Source: an uncultured delta proteobacterium (GTDB taxonomy: Bacteria > Desulfobacterota > Desulfobacteria > Desulfobacterales > QNYZ01). Taken from it: a stretch of DNA of 64,000 nt. A model generated the notes under the pieces. The model ran no database searches, was not told where the DNA came from, and saw nothing but the letters and a program-made list of their open reading frames with translations. Each line of letters begins with the position of its first letter. Positions within the stretch are counted from its first letter, which is position 1. Both the position numbers and the translations under genes were made by a program. The stretch spans positions 320,001 through 384,000 of the forward strand of contig CAWJQU010000004.1 of assembly GCA_963845145.1 (NCBI GenBank), in the 5' to 3' direction. This document shows positions 50,237-60,492 of the stretch, one piece after another.

Positions 50237-50830
50237 CTACGATATGTCGATGGTTTTTTTAGCGCCATTTTTTTTAAGCAGTTCTTCCAATTTTTCATAG
50301 GGTTGCGATCCAACCAATCTCTCCTGGTTTAAAATGTATGTGGGAGCGACCATGATTTCAAGTTTTTCCGACTTCTCCCAATCCTTGTCAACAGCTTGGC
50401 TAAATGACCTTTTTTCAAGAACAAACTGAGCTTCTTCCCTGGAAAGTTGGGAACCGTCTGCTACATCTAAAAGGACAGACGGGTCGGCAATATTAAGACC
50501 ATTGGAGAAATAGGCCTCATTGATTGCATCATGATATTCGTCCAAGCGCCCCTTGCTGTCGGCGAATTTGGCAAGTTCCTGGGCAAGGCGGCTATCTGAA
50601 ATTGACGTGCGTTTCGCTAATGGCAACCTCAGGGAAGATGCTTTTTGTTCCAATAGTTGCATTTTTTCGGTCATAAGCGAGACGTTATAACCAAAAAGTT
50701 CCTCAATCAACAGGCCCTCTTCAGGTATATCCGGGTGTAACGGGAAGGCCCGCCAAACAATATCTATATCATATTCATGCCTTAACCTCTTAATGGATCC
50801 TTTATCAAAATAGCACCAGGTACAATTCAA
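50237..50830 (-). CDS. DsbA/FrnE family oxidoreductase
   Basis: CTWCY, WRAFPLHPDIP, SRLAQELA, GLNIAD, APTYIL, GSQPYE; start overlaps the upstream stop codon. Confidence 0.8.
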   Translation of the reverse strand: MNCTWCYFDKGSIKRLRHEYDIDIVWRAFPLHPDIPEEGLLIEELFGYNVSLMTEKMQLLEQKASSLRLPLAKRTSISDSRLAQELAKFADSKGRLDEYHDAINEAYFSNGLNIADPSVLLDVADGSQLSREEAQFVLEKRSFSQAVDKDWEKSEKLEIMVAPTYILNQERLVGSQPYEKLEELLKKNGAKKTIDIS

Positions 50831-51711
50831 TTCCGATTGATATCCATTATCAGTAGTGAGTCTATCTCATCAAGGAAGCGGGTATAAATCAATCTGTTGG
50901 CCTTTTCAATCCGTAAGCCGAAATCGGAGGCTACTGCTCCCTGCTTGACGGCCATCTGCTTAATATTTTCGATCAGATGGTTGCCATCTACTAGCTGGCT
51001 GCAGGCATCTGTACATCGGCCACACGAAATACAAAGCCAGAGTGAAGGTGAGTGCATCAATTCGTCGATCATGCCTAGATTGATCATACGAAACAGAACA
51101 CGCGGGTCGAAAACCGATCGACCACCAAGAATCGGGCAAACGCTATCGCATTCGCCGCAAGTAAAACAGGCATTCGTCCGGTGCAAGGCCATCATATCCC
51201 TCACATCGCTTGTAATATTGTCTAACAGATGCTGTGTGATAGTTGATTTTAAATAGGGAACCGGTTGTCTAAGCCAGTCGCGCCACATTTGGTCTGTAAA
51301 GAAATCCAGATCTTCATTGAAGCAGTGGCTGACGGCTCGCCAACGGACACGCTGGAATTTAGCAAACAGATCGCGAAATAGTCTTATTGTATCGAATGAT
51401 ACAAGTCCCTTACAAAGCGCCTCGTGGCGGATAAACTCAATCAGCATGGATGGGCTAACGGCATTTGGACAGACTTGCATGCAGCGCCTACAGGTCAAAC
51501 AGTACCAGGTTTCCGGTAGGAGCAACAGCTCGTCCAATAGACCTAAATAGGCAAGGCGAACTATTTTTTGCGGCCTCAAACGACCGGTGGCAATGTTCAC
51601 CGGGCATTCGAAGTCGCACGAACCGCATGTCCAGCACATGTTCGTCGAACTGTGCGACGTCTGATCAATCTGCCGGCGCAATTGATCATTAAGATGAAGT
51701 AAGCCCGCCAT
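50827..51711 (-). CDS. Tandem-duplicated HdrC-like 4Fe-4S dicluster protein
   Basis: CWTCGSCDFECP...WYCLTCRRCMQVCP and CFTCGECDSVCP...WLCISCGRCTDAC. Confidence 0.85.
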   Translation of the reverse strand: MAGLLHLNDQLRRQIDQTSHSSTNMCWTCGSCDFECPVNIATGRLRPQKIVRLAYLGLLDELLLLPETWYCLTCRRCMQVCPNAVSPSMLIEFIRHEALCKGLVSFDTIRLFRDLFAKFQRVRWRAVSHCFNEDLDFFTDQMWRDWLRQPVPYLKSTITQHLLDNITSDVRDMMALHRTNACFTCGECDSVCPILGGRSVFDPRVLFRMINLGMIDELMHSPSLWLCISCGRCTDACSQLVDGNHLIENIKQMAVKQGAVASDFGLRIEKANRLIYTRFLDEIDSLLIMDINRN

Positions 51712-52124
51712 GTTTTTCCAATACCCTTCTAAGAAAGTTACAACAATAGGGTAGCGTAAGTCTAAAAGACAAAAAATCGAACACCCGGAAGTCTTGATGG
51801 GTGCCCGGCAGACTTTGAAAGAGATCATATTGGTCTCTGTGAGCCAACTGGAGCGACCCCGGCGGAGTGACCCCGGCTTTGTCTTTTCCAATAAAGATTC
51901 TTTTTAGGTAATGCCGTGTAAATTTATAACCTTGATATATGTCCCTGTACCACATTGTAACAATATTGTAAAATGGTTAAACTGGATTTCATAAAGGAAT
52001 AAGAGGGGGCTTATCGTCGAATTTGGGGGTGAAATAGCTTTCCGAAATGTCGATCACAATAGCTGATTAAATAAATGGGTCTAAATTGGGTAATGGTCAC
52101 AATAGAAATTTAGGTTGATTTGCT

Positions 52125-52204
52125 TGGTGGTCCCATCGGAGGTAGAACCCGTGTTTTCCCGCTTGTGAAGCGGGACGTTCTAATTCCTATCGCTGAATAC
52201 GTCC
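52125..52204 (-). pseudogene. Degenerate tRNA-like copy (tRNA-Glu-related 3' part)
   Basis: tagaacg-tcccgc-ttcacaa-gcggga-aaacacgggttctacctccgatgggaccacca aligns with the adjacent tRNA; the 5' acceptor strand does not pair. Confidence 0.7.
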
Positions 52205-52226
52205 ATCAGGGGAATGTTAAGATAGG

Positions 52227-52302
52227 TGGTAGTCCCAACGGGGATCGAACCCGTGTTACCGGCGTGAGAGGCCGGCGTCCTAGACCGCTAGACGATGGGA
52301 CC
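52227..52302 (-). tRNA. tRNA-Glu (CTC)
   Basis: GGTCCCATCGTCTAGCGGTCTAGGACGCCGGCCT-CTC-ACGCCGGTAACACGGGTTCGATCCCCGTTGGGACTACCA, 76 nt cloverleaf with CCA. Confidence 0.97.
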
Positions 52303-52374
52303 ATCGAAACTGGTGCATGCATATATAAACGCTTATTTTTTGTCAATTGGTTTTTTTCCCTATTGAATTTTGCC

Positions 52375-52581
52375 TTACGCATCCGGTAGGCGGCCTTTTC
52401 TGAATCCGAAGAGCAGATAGATGATCCACCCGATAAAGGGGATGCCTGCGATCAGAATCCATGTGATTTTGACGGCCTGGGAACTGAACTCTTTTTGAGC
52501 GGCATTCACCATGCCCCAGATGGTTCCCAGAAAAAACGGAATACTCAGATAAAGAATGATTTTGAAGGTATGAAGGTCCAT
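52375..52581 (-). CDS. Small membrane protein, PLDc_N-like
   Basis: KITWILIAGIPFIGWIIYLLFG. Confidence 0.8.
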   Translation of the reverse strand: MDLHTFKIILYLSIPFFLGTIWGMVNAAQKEFSSQAVKITWILIAGIPFIGWIIYLLFGFRKGRLPDA

Positions 52582-52597
52582 GTTCGAAATTTATGGC

Positions 52598-53494
52598 TCA
52601 GGTGTTTTTTAATTTTTTGGCGATGGAGAGAATCGTCTTTGCATAGGGCCGGCTGTTGTTGTAGCGCAGGACAACTTTATACGCCTTTTCGTCACTCTGG
52701 CCGGATTTCCAACCGTGGTGGCGTAAATAGTTGGCGACACTGGCGATAGCGTCATTGTGGTTGAACAGGTCGACGCGGCCGTCCCCATTTCCATCCGCGG
52801 CAAGGCGGTCGATATTGCTCGGCATGAATTGGCAGATTCCCATGGCACCGGCATAGGAGCCGCGAATGACCGTCGGATCAATGCCCGCACTTTGGGTATA
52901 ACGCAGCAGGGCTTTGAGTTCCGTGTAGGCCCAACCCGATTTTTTATCGGCTTTTTGCTCAAACTGTTCGCGGGGTAAGCGTCGTTTCTCGGGTATCAGG
53001 CCCCATAGGTGTTGTCTGACCGGGTTATCTTTTAGGGCCGCCATAGTGGACAAAGCATTGAACACTCGGGTGTTTCCCAGCCGCTCGCCCAACCGGGTTT
53101 CCACCAGGATAATCGCTGTGATGACCTCTTTGGGCACGCCGTAGGTTTTTTCGGTTAGGGTCAGTCGTTCGGCATGTGCCTGCTGATATTTTTGTGCTTT
53201 TCGAATGGATTTGGGCGTTTCGAACTGGCCGTAATTCAGCTTACTTTCGCTATGCATGAAAAACAGGCCGACGCTTCGGGCGTCAAAACGAACCTCTGAT
53301 TGACGGTAGAGGGCTCGAATTTGATCGCCGTCAAAACCATCCGCGGCCAACCGTTCTTTTAATTCAATAAATGATTCCGGTGAGTTGCCTGCGTCAGCGT
53401 GTATTACCGACACCAACAGACCGATCAGAAGAAACAGTGTAAAACAAGCACTGGATGCCATGTGCTTAAATGATCGTTTCGTCCAATCCGCCAT
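52598..53494 (-). CDS. mltB: Lytic murein transglycosylase B (SLT_2 family)
   Basis: YGVPKEVITAIILVETRLG, GSYAGAMGICQFMPS, DGNGDGRVDL, SVANYL..HGW, YNNS. Confidence 0.9.
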   Translation of the reverse strand: MADWTKRSFKHMASSACFTLFLLIGLLVSVIHADAGNSPESFIELKERLAADGFDGDQIRALYRQSEVRFDARSVGLFFMHSESKLNYGQFETPKSIRKAQKYQQAHAERLTLTEKTYGVPKEVITAIILVETRLGERLGNTRVFNALSTMAALKDNPVRQHLWGLIPEKRRLPREQFEQKADKKSGWAYTELKALLRYTQSAGIDPTVIRGSYAGAMGICQFMPSNIDRLAADGNGDGRVDLFNHNDAIASVANYLRHHGWKSGQSDEKAYKVVLRYNNSRPYAKTILSIAKKLKNT

Positions 53495-53720
53495 AATGTA
53501 ACGTCTCCTTTTTTTCTTTTTATCTATTTCATACCATACCTTGCCCGGTGCATCCATACCCCGATGGCATAATTGGCATTCTTGATTGCCCTTTGACGGC
53601 ATGGTATGTGTCAGACACTAAAAAAATTAACGCGATATCCGGCTTGGATGAATGCAACAGGTGATGGATTATTTTGCCATCATTTTAGATGACTCTTTAC
53701 GAGTCCATCAACGGAGCACA

Positions 53721-55091
53721 ATGACCAAAAAATCGACCAAATCCATTTTTACTTGCCAGTCCTGTGGGCATCGGGCTCACAAGTGGATGGGGAAATGCCC
53801 CGAATGTGGTGAGTGGGATACCCTGGTCGAAGAGATCGTTCGACCCTCGTCACCGGGCCGGTCCATGGTAGGGCCCCGGGAAGATGCATCGCATCCGGTA
53901 CCTATCGACAGTGTAGAGACGCTGTCGGAAGAACGTTTGATAACCGGTATCAGTGAGTTTGACCGGGTGCTGGGTAAAGGTGTCGTGCTGGGGTCTCTGG
54001 TCCTGATCGGCGGCGATCCCGGCATCGGAAAATCGACGTTGATGTTGCAGGCGTTATGCGGTTTTGCCCGCAATAAGCAAAAGGTCTTGTACGTCTCCGG
54101 CGAAGAATCCGTTAAACAGCTGAGTATTCGCAGCCGCCGACTGGGTACCGATAACGAAAATTTGATGGTGGTATCCGAGATTGATCTGGAGGCGATCCTG
54201 AACATAGTGGCTGAATTGAAACCGGCCGTCCTGGTGGTGGATTCCATTCAGACCATGTTTAACAGCGATCTCACATCGGCGCCGGGAAGTGTCAGCCAGG
54301 TGCGCGAAGCCACCTTGCGCTTGATGCTCATGGCCAAGAAAACAGGGATGCCCGTTTTTATCATCGGACATGTCACCAAAGAAGGGGTTATTGCCGGGCC
54401 CCGGCTGTTGGAGCACATGGTGGATACGGTGCTCTATTTTGAGGGCGATCGTAACCATATCTACCGGGTGTTGCGGGCGGTTAAAAACCGGTTTGGCTCC
54501 ACCAATGAGATCGGTGTTTTCGAAATGACGGAAAAGGGGCTCGAAGAGATTCTTAATCCATCGGCCGTTTTTTTGACCGAGCGTTCCACCAATACGCCGG
54601 GCTCTATTGTTACCTGCGCCATGGAAGGGACGCGTCCGATATTGGTGGAGATGCAAGCCTTAACCAGCAGTACCAGTTTTGGCACACCCCGGCGGACGAT
54701 CCTCGGCCTCGATCACAACCGTGTGGCACTTCTGGCGGCGGTGATGGAGAAAAAGCTGGGGATGCACTTGATTGGGCATGATATCTTCATGAACGTGGCC
54801 GGCGGCGTCAAGGTCGACGAGCCGGCTGCCGACCTGGGCATTGTGGCGGCCGTGGCCTCAAGTTTTCTGGATCGTCCCATACGGGCCGATACGGTCGTCG
54901 TGGGAGAAGTGGGGTTAACCGGCGAAATTCGGGGTGTGAGCCAGATCGATACCCGTGTGTCCGAATCCAAGAAGATGGGGTTTATGCGGTGCATAATACC
55001 CCAAAACAGTCTGGAACGATCGCGCGCCGGGACTGAAATGAACGTATTGGGTGTTTCCACCGTGGCCGAGGCGGTGGAGATTATGTTTTAG
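53721..55091 (+). CDS. radA: DNA repair protein RadA/Sms
   Basis: CQSCG..KWMGKCPEC, GGDPGIGKST, VDSIQ, KNRFG. Confidence 0.97.
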   Translation: MTKKSTKSIFTCQSCGHRAHKWMGKCPECGEWDTLVEEIVRPSSPGRSMVGPREDASHPVPIDSVETLSEERLITGISEFDRVLGKGVVLGSLVLIGGDPGIGKSTLMLQALCGFARNKQKVLYVSGEESVKQLSIRSRRLGTDNENLMVVSEIDLEAILNIVAELKPAVLVVDSIQTMFNSDLTSAPGSVSQVREATLRLMLMAKKTGMPVFIIGHVTKEGVIAGPRLLEHMVDTVLYFEGDRNHIYRVLRAVKNRFGSTNEIGVFEMTEKGLEEILNPSAVFLTERSTNTPGSIVTCAMEGTRPILVEMQALTSSTSFGTPRRTILGLDHNRVALLAAVMEKKLGMHLIGHDIFMNVAGGVKVDEPAADLGIVAAVASSFLDRPIRADTVVVGEVGLTGEIRGVSQIDTRVSESKKMGFMRCIIPQNSLERSRAGTEMNVLGVSTVAEAVEIMF

Positions 55092-55093
55092 TT

Positions 55094-55777
55094 TTGGCCG
55101 GGCGCAAAAAACAATCGCGGACCCGATCCCAGGGTAAGCCCAACCAAAAGAATAAGCAAAATGTCAAAGGTAAGCCGAATCGATGGGCGGATCACTACAC
55201 AAGGCAGGCACGAAAAGACCACTATCCGGCTCGGTCGGTCTACAAACTAAAGGAGATCCAAAAGAAGCATCACTTGATTCGGCCGGGACACCGGGTGCTG
55301 GATCTTGGGTGTGCCCCGGGGGCCTGGTTGCTGTTCGCGGCCGAACAGGTTGGAATCAACGGCCGGGTTATCGGCATTGACTTAAAGCCGGTCACCATTC
55401 GACTTCCCCCTCAGGCGCTTACCATTGTCGCCGATATTCGCGACAATAATACGATTCATCAACAGACGATCGGGCAACCGATTGATCTGGTTCTCTCCGA
55501 TCTGGCACCGGCCACATCGGGGAACAAAATTGTTGACACGGCCCGATCATTGGAATTATGCCAAACGGCTTTAGCGTTGGCGAATGGCTATTTGGCCCCT
55601 GGTGGGGCTTTTGTCTGTAAATTGTTTCAGGCGCCGGATGTCAAATTGTTTGTTGAAAGTGTCAAGCCGTTGTTCAGACGGTGTGATTTGTTTAAACCCC
55701 AAAGCAGCCGCAAGGCGAGCCGGGAGATCTATATAATCGGATTAACGTATGTAGGAGGCAGCCATGTCGGGACATAG
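55094..55777 (+). CDS. rlmE: 23S rRNA Um2552 methyltransferase
   Basis: [42 protein letters not shown]. Confidence 0.92.
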   Translation: MAGRKKQSRTRSQGKPNQKNKQNVKGKPNRWADHYTRQARKDHYPARSVYKLKEIQKKHHLIRPGHRVLDLGCAPGAWLLFAAEQVGINGRVIGIDLKPVTIRLPPQALTIVADIRDNNTIHQQTIGQPIDLVLSDLAPATSGNKIVDTARSLELCQTALALANGYLAPGGAFVCKLFQAPDVKLFVESVKPLFRRCDLFKPQSSRKASREIYIIGLTYVGGSHVGT

Positions 55778-56507
55778 TAAATGGTCGAGTATCAAGCATA
55801 AGAAAGCCGCTACGGATTCCAAGCGGGGTAAAATCTTCAGCAAGTTGATTAAGGAGGTCACCGTGGCGGCCCGCATGGGCGGCAGCGGGGATCTGGAGGC
55901 CAACCCCAGATTAAGGGCGGCAGTTGCTGCCGCCAAAGCAGTGAACATGCCCAAGGACAATATGGAGCGGGCCATTAAAAAGGGGACCGGCGAACTGGAG
56001 GGGGTCAATTATGAAGAGAGTATTTATGAAGGGTACGGCCCCGGCGGAGCGGCGGTGTTGATCGAATCGCTAACCGACAATAAGAACCGGACCGTGGCGG
56101 ATATTCGGCATATTTTTGCTAAAAACGGCGGCAACCTGGGTGAGAACGGTTGTGTGGGATGGATGTTCGATAAAAAAGGGTACCTGGTGGTGGAAAAAGA
56201 AGTGGTGGATGAGGATACGCTGATGGAGGTGGCCCTCGAAGCCGGGGCTGAGGATGTGCGCGAAGATGGGTCGAATTTTGAGGTGATCTGCGAACCGGGC
56301 GATTTCGAGCAGGTTAAAAGCGAAATCGAGGCGGCTTCAATTGCCCATATCGCGGCCGAGATCGCCATGCTGCCCCAGACAACCACTGCCCTGGCCGGGA
56401 AGGAAGCCGAGCAGATGGTGCGCCTGATGGATGCCTTGGACGATTGCGACGATGTTCAAAAGGTTCATACCAATGCCGATATACCCGATGAGTTGATGGA
56501 GGGTTGA
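55764..56507 (+). CDS. yebC: YebC/PmpR family protein
   Basis: [38 protein letters not shown]. Confidence 0.95.
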   Translation: MSGHSKWSSIKHKKAATDSKRGKIFSKLIKEVTVAARMGGSGDLEANPRLRAAVAAAKAVNMPKDNMERAIKKGTGELEGVNYEESIYEGYGPGGAAVLIESLTDNKNRTVADIRHIFAKNGGNLGENGCVGWMFDKKGYLVVEKEVVDEDTLMEVALEAGAEDVREDGSNFEVICEPGDFEQVKSEIEAASIAHIAAEIAMLPQTTTALAGKEAEQMVRLMDALDDCDDVQKVHTNADIPDELMEG

Positions 56508-56535
56508 TGGCTTTGTAAATGAGCCCTCCCCATGA

Positions 56536-56578
56536 TTCAGTCCGGGCTTCAATCCAGGCTTCAGTCCGGGCTTCAATC
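56536..56578. repeat. 12-bp tandem repeat x3.5 between convergent genes
   Basis: ttcagtccgggc ttcaatccaggc ttcagtccgggc ttcaatc. Confidence 0.85.
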
Positions 56579-56598
56579 ATGCCCCAAAGAGAGCCGTA

Positions 56599-57279
56599 TC
56601 ATTCATCTATCGCGACCACATCGACGCCGGGTGGAATCTTGAATGAGAATTGCTGGTCTTCGATATCGGCGCTAAAAAATATATCGATCAGTTTTATCCG
56701 GGTTTCATCTTCGTAGATGTTGTAGGTGATCACCTCGGCGACGTGGTAGGTTTCTTTGTCAATAATGAGATGGATGGTGGTGATATCCTGATTTTGCCTG
56801 TGTGGCATGAGCTTGAGATGATATTGTCCCTCGGTCGTATCCGCTTCCCGGAAGATATCGAATTGTTCTCGTAAGGACGTCAGGTCCGACAAGAATCCGG
56901 CTCCCCGGCCGTCGCCGAAAAAATTGGGGGCTTTGCCGACCATTACCTGATTATCCTGGGGACGGTAGATCCACAGGCGGTCGCCATCGGAAACAATTTC
57001 TTGTTTTTCCGGTGCTTCATAGACCCAGCGCATTTTGCCCGGCCGTTTCACGACAATCGTGCCTTCGGCCGTATCGGTAATCTCCATGGCCTTTAGCGTG
57101 GACATCTGTTCGAACCGGGCTGAAAAACCTGCCCCGGAATAGCGCTTTTCAATTCCCTCATAGATGGCCTTATCGACGGGTTTCAATTCGTTTTGTTTCG
57201 GGGGCGTCGTCTGGTCGGCGGAAACCGGGACGACTGAAAAAAGGGTGACAACCCAGGCAATGAAAATGCTAACACGCAT
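56599..57279 (-). CDS. lolA: Outer membrane lipoprotein carrier LolA
   Basis: ARFEQ, KRPGKMRWVY, IVSDGDRLWIY, FSFKIPPGVDV. Confidence 0.9.
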   Translation of the reverse strand: MRVSIFIAWVVTLFSVVPVSADQTTPPKQNELKPVDKAIYEGIEKRYSGAGFSARFEQMSTLKAMEITDTAEGTIVVKRPGKMRWVYEAPEKQEIVSDGDRLWIYRPQDNQVMVGKAPNFFGDGRGAGFLSDLTSLREQFDIFREADTTEGQYHLKLMPHRQNQDITTIHLIIDKETYHVAEVITYNIYEDETRIKLIDIFFSADIEDQQFSFKIPPGVDVVAIDE

Positions 57280-58453
57280 GACGATCTCCTTTTGTAAGTA
57301 TCCGCCCGGCTAAATCATATCCCAAATCCCTGATAATACGCGGGGCGTCGCGTAGCATACGTTTTTTAAACTCCCGGTAATTCAGGTGGCCCAAGGCCAT
57401 GTCATTGGTGACCGTCTGCATTGTCTGGCTTTTGGCCAATACGAACAGTGACGAGCGCAAATGTAATGAACTATAAAACACAGGCGACATGCGCGCCGCA
57501 AGTCTCAGTTCAGGCAATATCTTTTTTTTTAATTGGTCGGCATAGGTTTCAAGGCGGCCTGCCCGAATGGCGTCGGCGGCCATTTTGCCGCTTAAAAATG
57601 CATAGGGCAAGCCCTCCCCTGTAAGGGAGTCCACAAGGCCTGCGGCATCACCTATCAGCAACCAATCACGGCCGCTGAATCGTCGCGTTGCCAAGGTTTT
57701 TTTATCTGGAAGCGGCTCGGACCAGGTGTAGGCTTGTGCATTTTTAAGGGATAGTGTTTCTTTATCGCCCATTAAAGGGTGAAGATCTTGTCGGACAAAT
57801 TGTTTAATCAGTGATTTCGCCAGATGAAGGGTAAAGCTGCCGCCCATCAGTTCAATGCCGAGACTGGCATGATCCGGGCGGGGAAACCACCAGGCGTATC
57901 CCCATAATCCCGGGAAAAACCGGCAGATGATGTGCCGTGGAAAACGGCCGGGGACATAGTATCCTATGGCCCGTCCCCGTCTTTTGGCCGCAAATGAGAG
58001 CCCTTTGTAGCGAGCGACCGGGTCGTTGATACCGCCCGCGCCGACGATGATATCCGCATGATCACCATTGACCTGCCATCCGCCGTGGGGTGACGGCCGT
58101 GGTTTTCGAACCGCTTGTTTAACAAGCGTTGCGCCGGCGGCGACGGCCAGCCGGCGTAAGGCATTGTCGAGGTGTCGACGGGATACGATTCTTATCGGGT
58201 CTGTTAATTCAAGGTCGATTTGACGACGACTGGGACTGATCAAACGAAACCGGGTAACTTTGGATTGAGCGAGATTAAGCCTCGGCCAGACCGTTAATCC
58301 ATTTAGCGCACGCAAAGTCAGTCCGCCACCACACGGTTTCTCCCGATCGGGGTTGCTTTCGTACAAATGAACGTCGACGCCTGATTTGGCGAGGTGATAG
58401 CCGCAGAGAGCCCCTGACGGTCCTCCGCCGACAATGGCGACTTTAACGGCCAT
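57269..58453 (-). CDS. Geranylgeranyl reductase family flavoprotein
   Basis: VGGGPSG, REKPCGGG, GYAWWFP, IGDAAGLVDSLTGEGL. Confidence 0.9.
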   Translation of the reverse strand: MAVKVAIVGGGPSGALCGYHLAKSGVDVHLYESNPDREKPCGGGLTLRALNGLTVWPRLNLAQSKVTRFRLISPSRRQIDLELTDPIRIVSRRHLDNALRRLAVAAGATLVKQAVRKPRPSPHGGWQVNGDHADIIVGAGGINDPVARYKGLSFAAKRRGRAIGYYVPGRFPRHIICRFFPGLWGYAWWFPRPDHASLGIELMGGSFTLHLAKSLIKQFVRQDLHPLMGDKETLSLKNAQAYTWSEPLPDKKTLATRRFSGRDWLLIGDAAGLVDSLTGEGLPYAFLSGKMAADAIRAGRLETYADQLKKKILPELRLAARMSPVFYSSLHLRSSLFVLAKSQTMQTVTNDMALGHLNYREFKKRMLRDAPRIIRDLGYDLAGRILTKGDRHAC

Positions 58454-58631
58454 TGATAGCCATGCTTCGCGAACGAGCGGCCGGGATATTTAACGGCATC
58501 AGATACAAATAGGCCTCCCACGGTTCATGAATGCAGTGTGGAGTCTCATTTTATCGTTAGACGAATGTCACATCAAGTGGTTTACAGATAAAAAAACGCC
58601 ACAAAGAATGGAAAGTAAGGGGTAAGTTGTT

Positions 58632-59120
58632 TTATTCCTTGGGAGGGGGCGATTTCGTGCCACTATCCTGAATGAGAATTTTGAGCACATCCTCTTTTCC
58701 CACGATACCGACCAACTCATCGTCTTTCATAACGGGAAGGGTGTGGTAATTCTTGTCCACCATCATTGAGGCGACCTCTTCGATGGATGTTAGGGGACCG
58801 ACGGTAACCGGGTCCGGCGTCATGGCATCGCCCACGGAAACTGCGGCGATTTTTTCTATCTCCTTTTCCAGTCGTTTAAGACTGGTAAGGGGCATGAAGC
58901 CATCCATAAGGGTAAAAACCGAGGGTACGGGGAACGCTTTCTGCTGCGCCACAAGATCACTTTGACACAAAATGCCGACAAGTTTTCCATTGGCGTCGAT
59001 AACAGGTACGCCATTAATTCGATTTTCTAAAATTATTTTGGCCGCCTGTGTGATATCCGTATCCGGGGAAACGGTTATCACGTCTGAGGTCATCACATCT
59101 TTGGCTCTTATCATGGGCAT
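58632..59120 (-). CDS. CBS-pair domain protein
   Basis: DVMT..VITV..GVPV..GKLVGIL; second CBS DAMT..TLPV..LVGIV. Confidence 0.9.
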   Translation of the reverse strand: MPMIRAKDVMTSDVITVSPDTDITQAAKIILENRINGVPVIDANGKLVGILCQSDLVAQQKAFPVPSVFTLMDGFMPLTSLKRLEKEIEKIAAVSVGDAMTPDPVTVGPLTSIEEVASMMVDKNYHTLPVMKDDELVGIVGKEDVLKILIQDSGTKSPPPKE

Positions 59121-59264
59121 CCTCCTTTTTAAGGCTCACTCAACGCTACGGTTACAAGAGATTCCGGTCTGTTTATGAAGCCCGTTTTGTATTAAGCCTG
59201 CTTTTTGTATTAAGATGGGATACGCTTTCTGTCGGCTATGCGCGTATGAAGGTACTTCCGGAGG

Positions 59265-59825
59265 TTACTTTTCATTGAACAGGCGATAAATGGTCTGCCC
59301 GCGCCACTTTCCACGACCCGACAGGGTAGCAATCTGTTTGGATTCAAAAATATCAGCGATCTTTTCGTAGCTCAATTTCTCTTCCCGCAATTGATGGATG
59401 AGTCCCACCATTTCAGCCCTTGTCTGGGGAGGGGAAGTCGGTTCGTTTTCAGTTGTTGTATTAGTCGCGTGTTCGGCGGCGTGTTCAGTCGCGTCAACTT
59501 CGACGGTTGGAGAAGGTGGTGAGACCTCCGGTTTCGGTAGAGAACCCATTGTTGTCATACCGGTGGAAACGAGCGTTGCCAGGGATTCAGCGATTTTTTC
59601 CAATGCTACCGTCTGACGTCCCTGGTTTTGAACCAAGGTTCCCAATACTTCTTTTATGGCCGAGAACTGATCTGTGGCCAGGGATCGGTAGTTTACGTAC
59701 CCCCCCTTGCGTCGATCTTTAGCTGGTTGCCGATTTTGGGATTTATACCGATTGTTGTCATACCTGCGGTTGGATTTATCGTTCCGCATGTTTCCTGTTC
59801 TTACATTGTAAAGAAAATCATCCAT
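59265..59825 (-). CDS. Hypothetical protein with C-terminal recombinase-type HTH
   Basis: LSYEKIADIFE..QIATLSGRGKWRGQTIYRL; basic N-terminus, coiled coil and low-complexity linker. Confidence 0.7.
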   Translation of the reverse strand: MDDFLYNVRTGNMRNDKSNRRYDNNRYKSQNRQPAKDRRKGGYVNYRSLATDQFSAIKEVLGTLVQNQGRQTVALEKIAESLATLVSTGMTTMGSLPKPEVSPPSPTVEVDATEHAAEHATNTTTENEPTSPPQTRAEMVGLIHQLREEKLSYEKIADIFESKQIATLSGRGKWRGQTIYRLFNEK

Positions 59826-60492
59826 TTTGTCGCTCCAGATTAAATTAAATATATAATAAACCGCTTAGTTTACAAATAGCATTAGCTAAACGATCGGCCC
59901 AGGAATGGGGCGATCCTGTCAAATCAATCTTTTCTCGCCGACCTTGAGTGCCGTGCAACCGAGTTTGGTCTTGGGTTCATCAAATGCCAAAACAGATCAA
60001 CGTCTTTGTCGCTTATACCGGGCGCGTGTTGAAAATATCCTGTTTTGGCTCACTCGTTTTTCAACAGTTTTGGTCCATTTAGAAAAATGTTCCGGGTCGT
60101 GGCATCAAATGATTTGGGGGAGATAGTGTGCGAATTAATTTTTTAAAAAATATGCGATCACACTTTGAGATGTTGAATAAGATCTTATTGCCACTAAAAG
60201 ATCGGGTTTGTCTGTTCTCGATCTTCGAAAAACCAGTAATTGGTATTACAATTAGCGTAGCTATTTTCGGATGTCAACCTAAATTATATGGAGAAAATAG
60301 GTTTTTGGTTTTAATTATTGAAAATGGGCATGTTAATGGCATTTAAAGACCATTGGATTCTGATTCATTTTATCACTAAACTGCTTGAAAACAGTAAAAG
60401 ATCTGTGTAAATAATATATCCACACGATATCCAATTTCAATGTCGCAGGTACCATAGACCTTCGATTTTACACACCTTGCCCCGGAAGAAAA

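Noticed and set aside
50815..50835. Selenocysteine readthrough at the hdrC-like TGA into the DsbA gene
   Set aside because: The DsbA CTWC is in a different frame and uses TGT/TGC codons.
51712..51955. Integrase remnant downstream of the tRNA, or N-terminal extension of the HdrC-like ORF
   Set aside because: No recognisable tyrosine-recombinase motif in the translations; the extension looks non-homologous.
60325..60345. Sigma54 promoter (GG-N10-GC) upstream of the GloB-like gene
   Set aside because: The spacing fits but the -12 box lacks TTGC; too weak to call.
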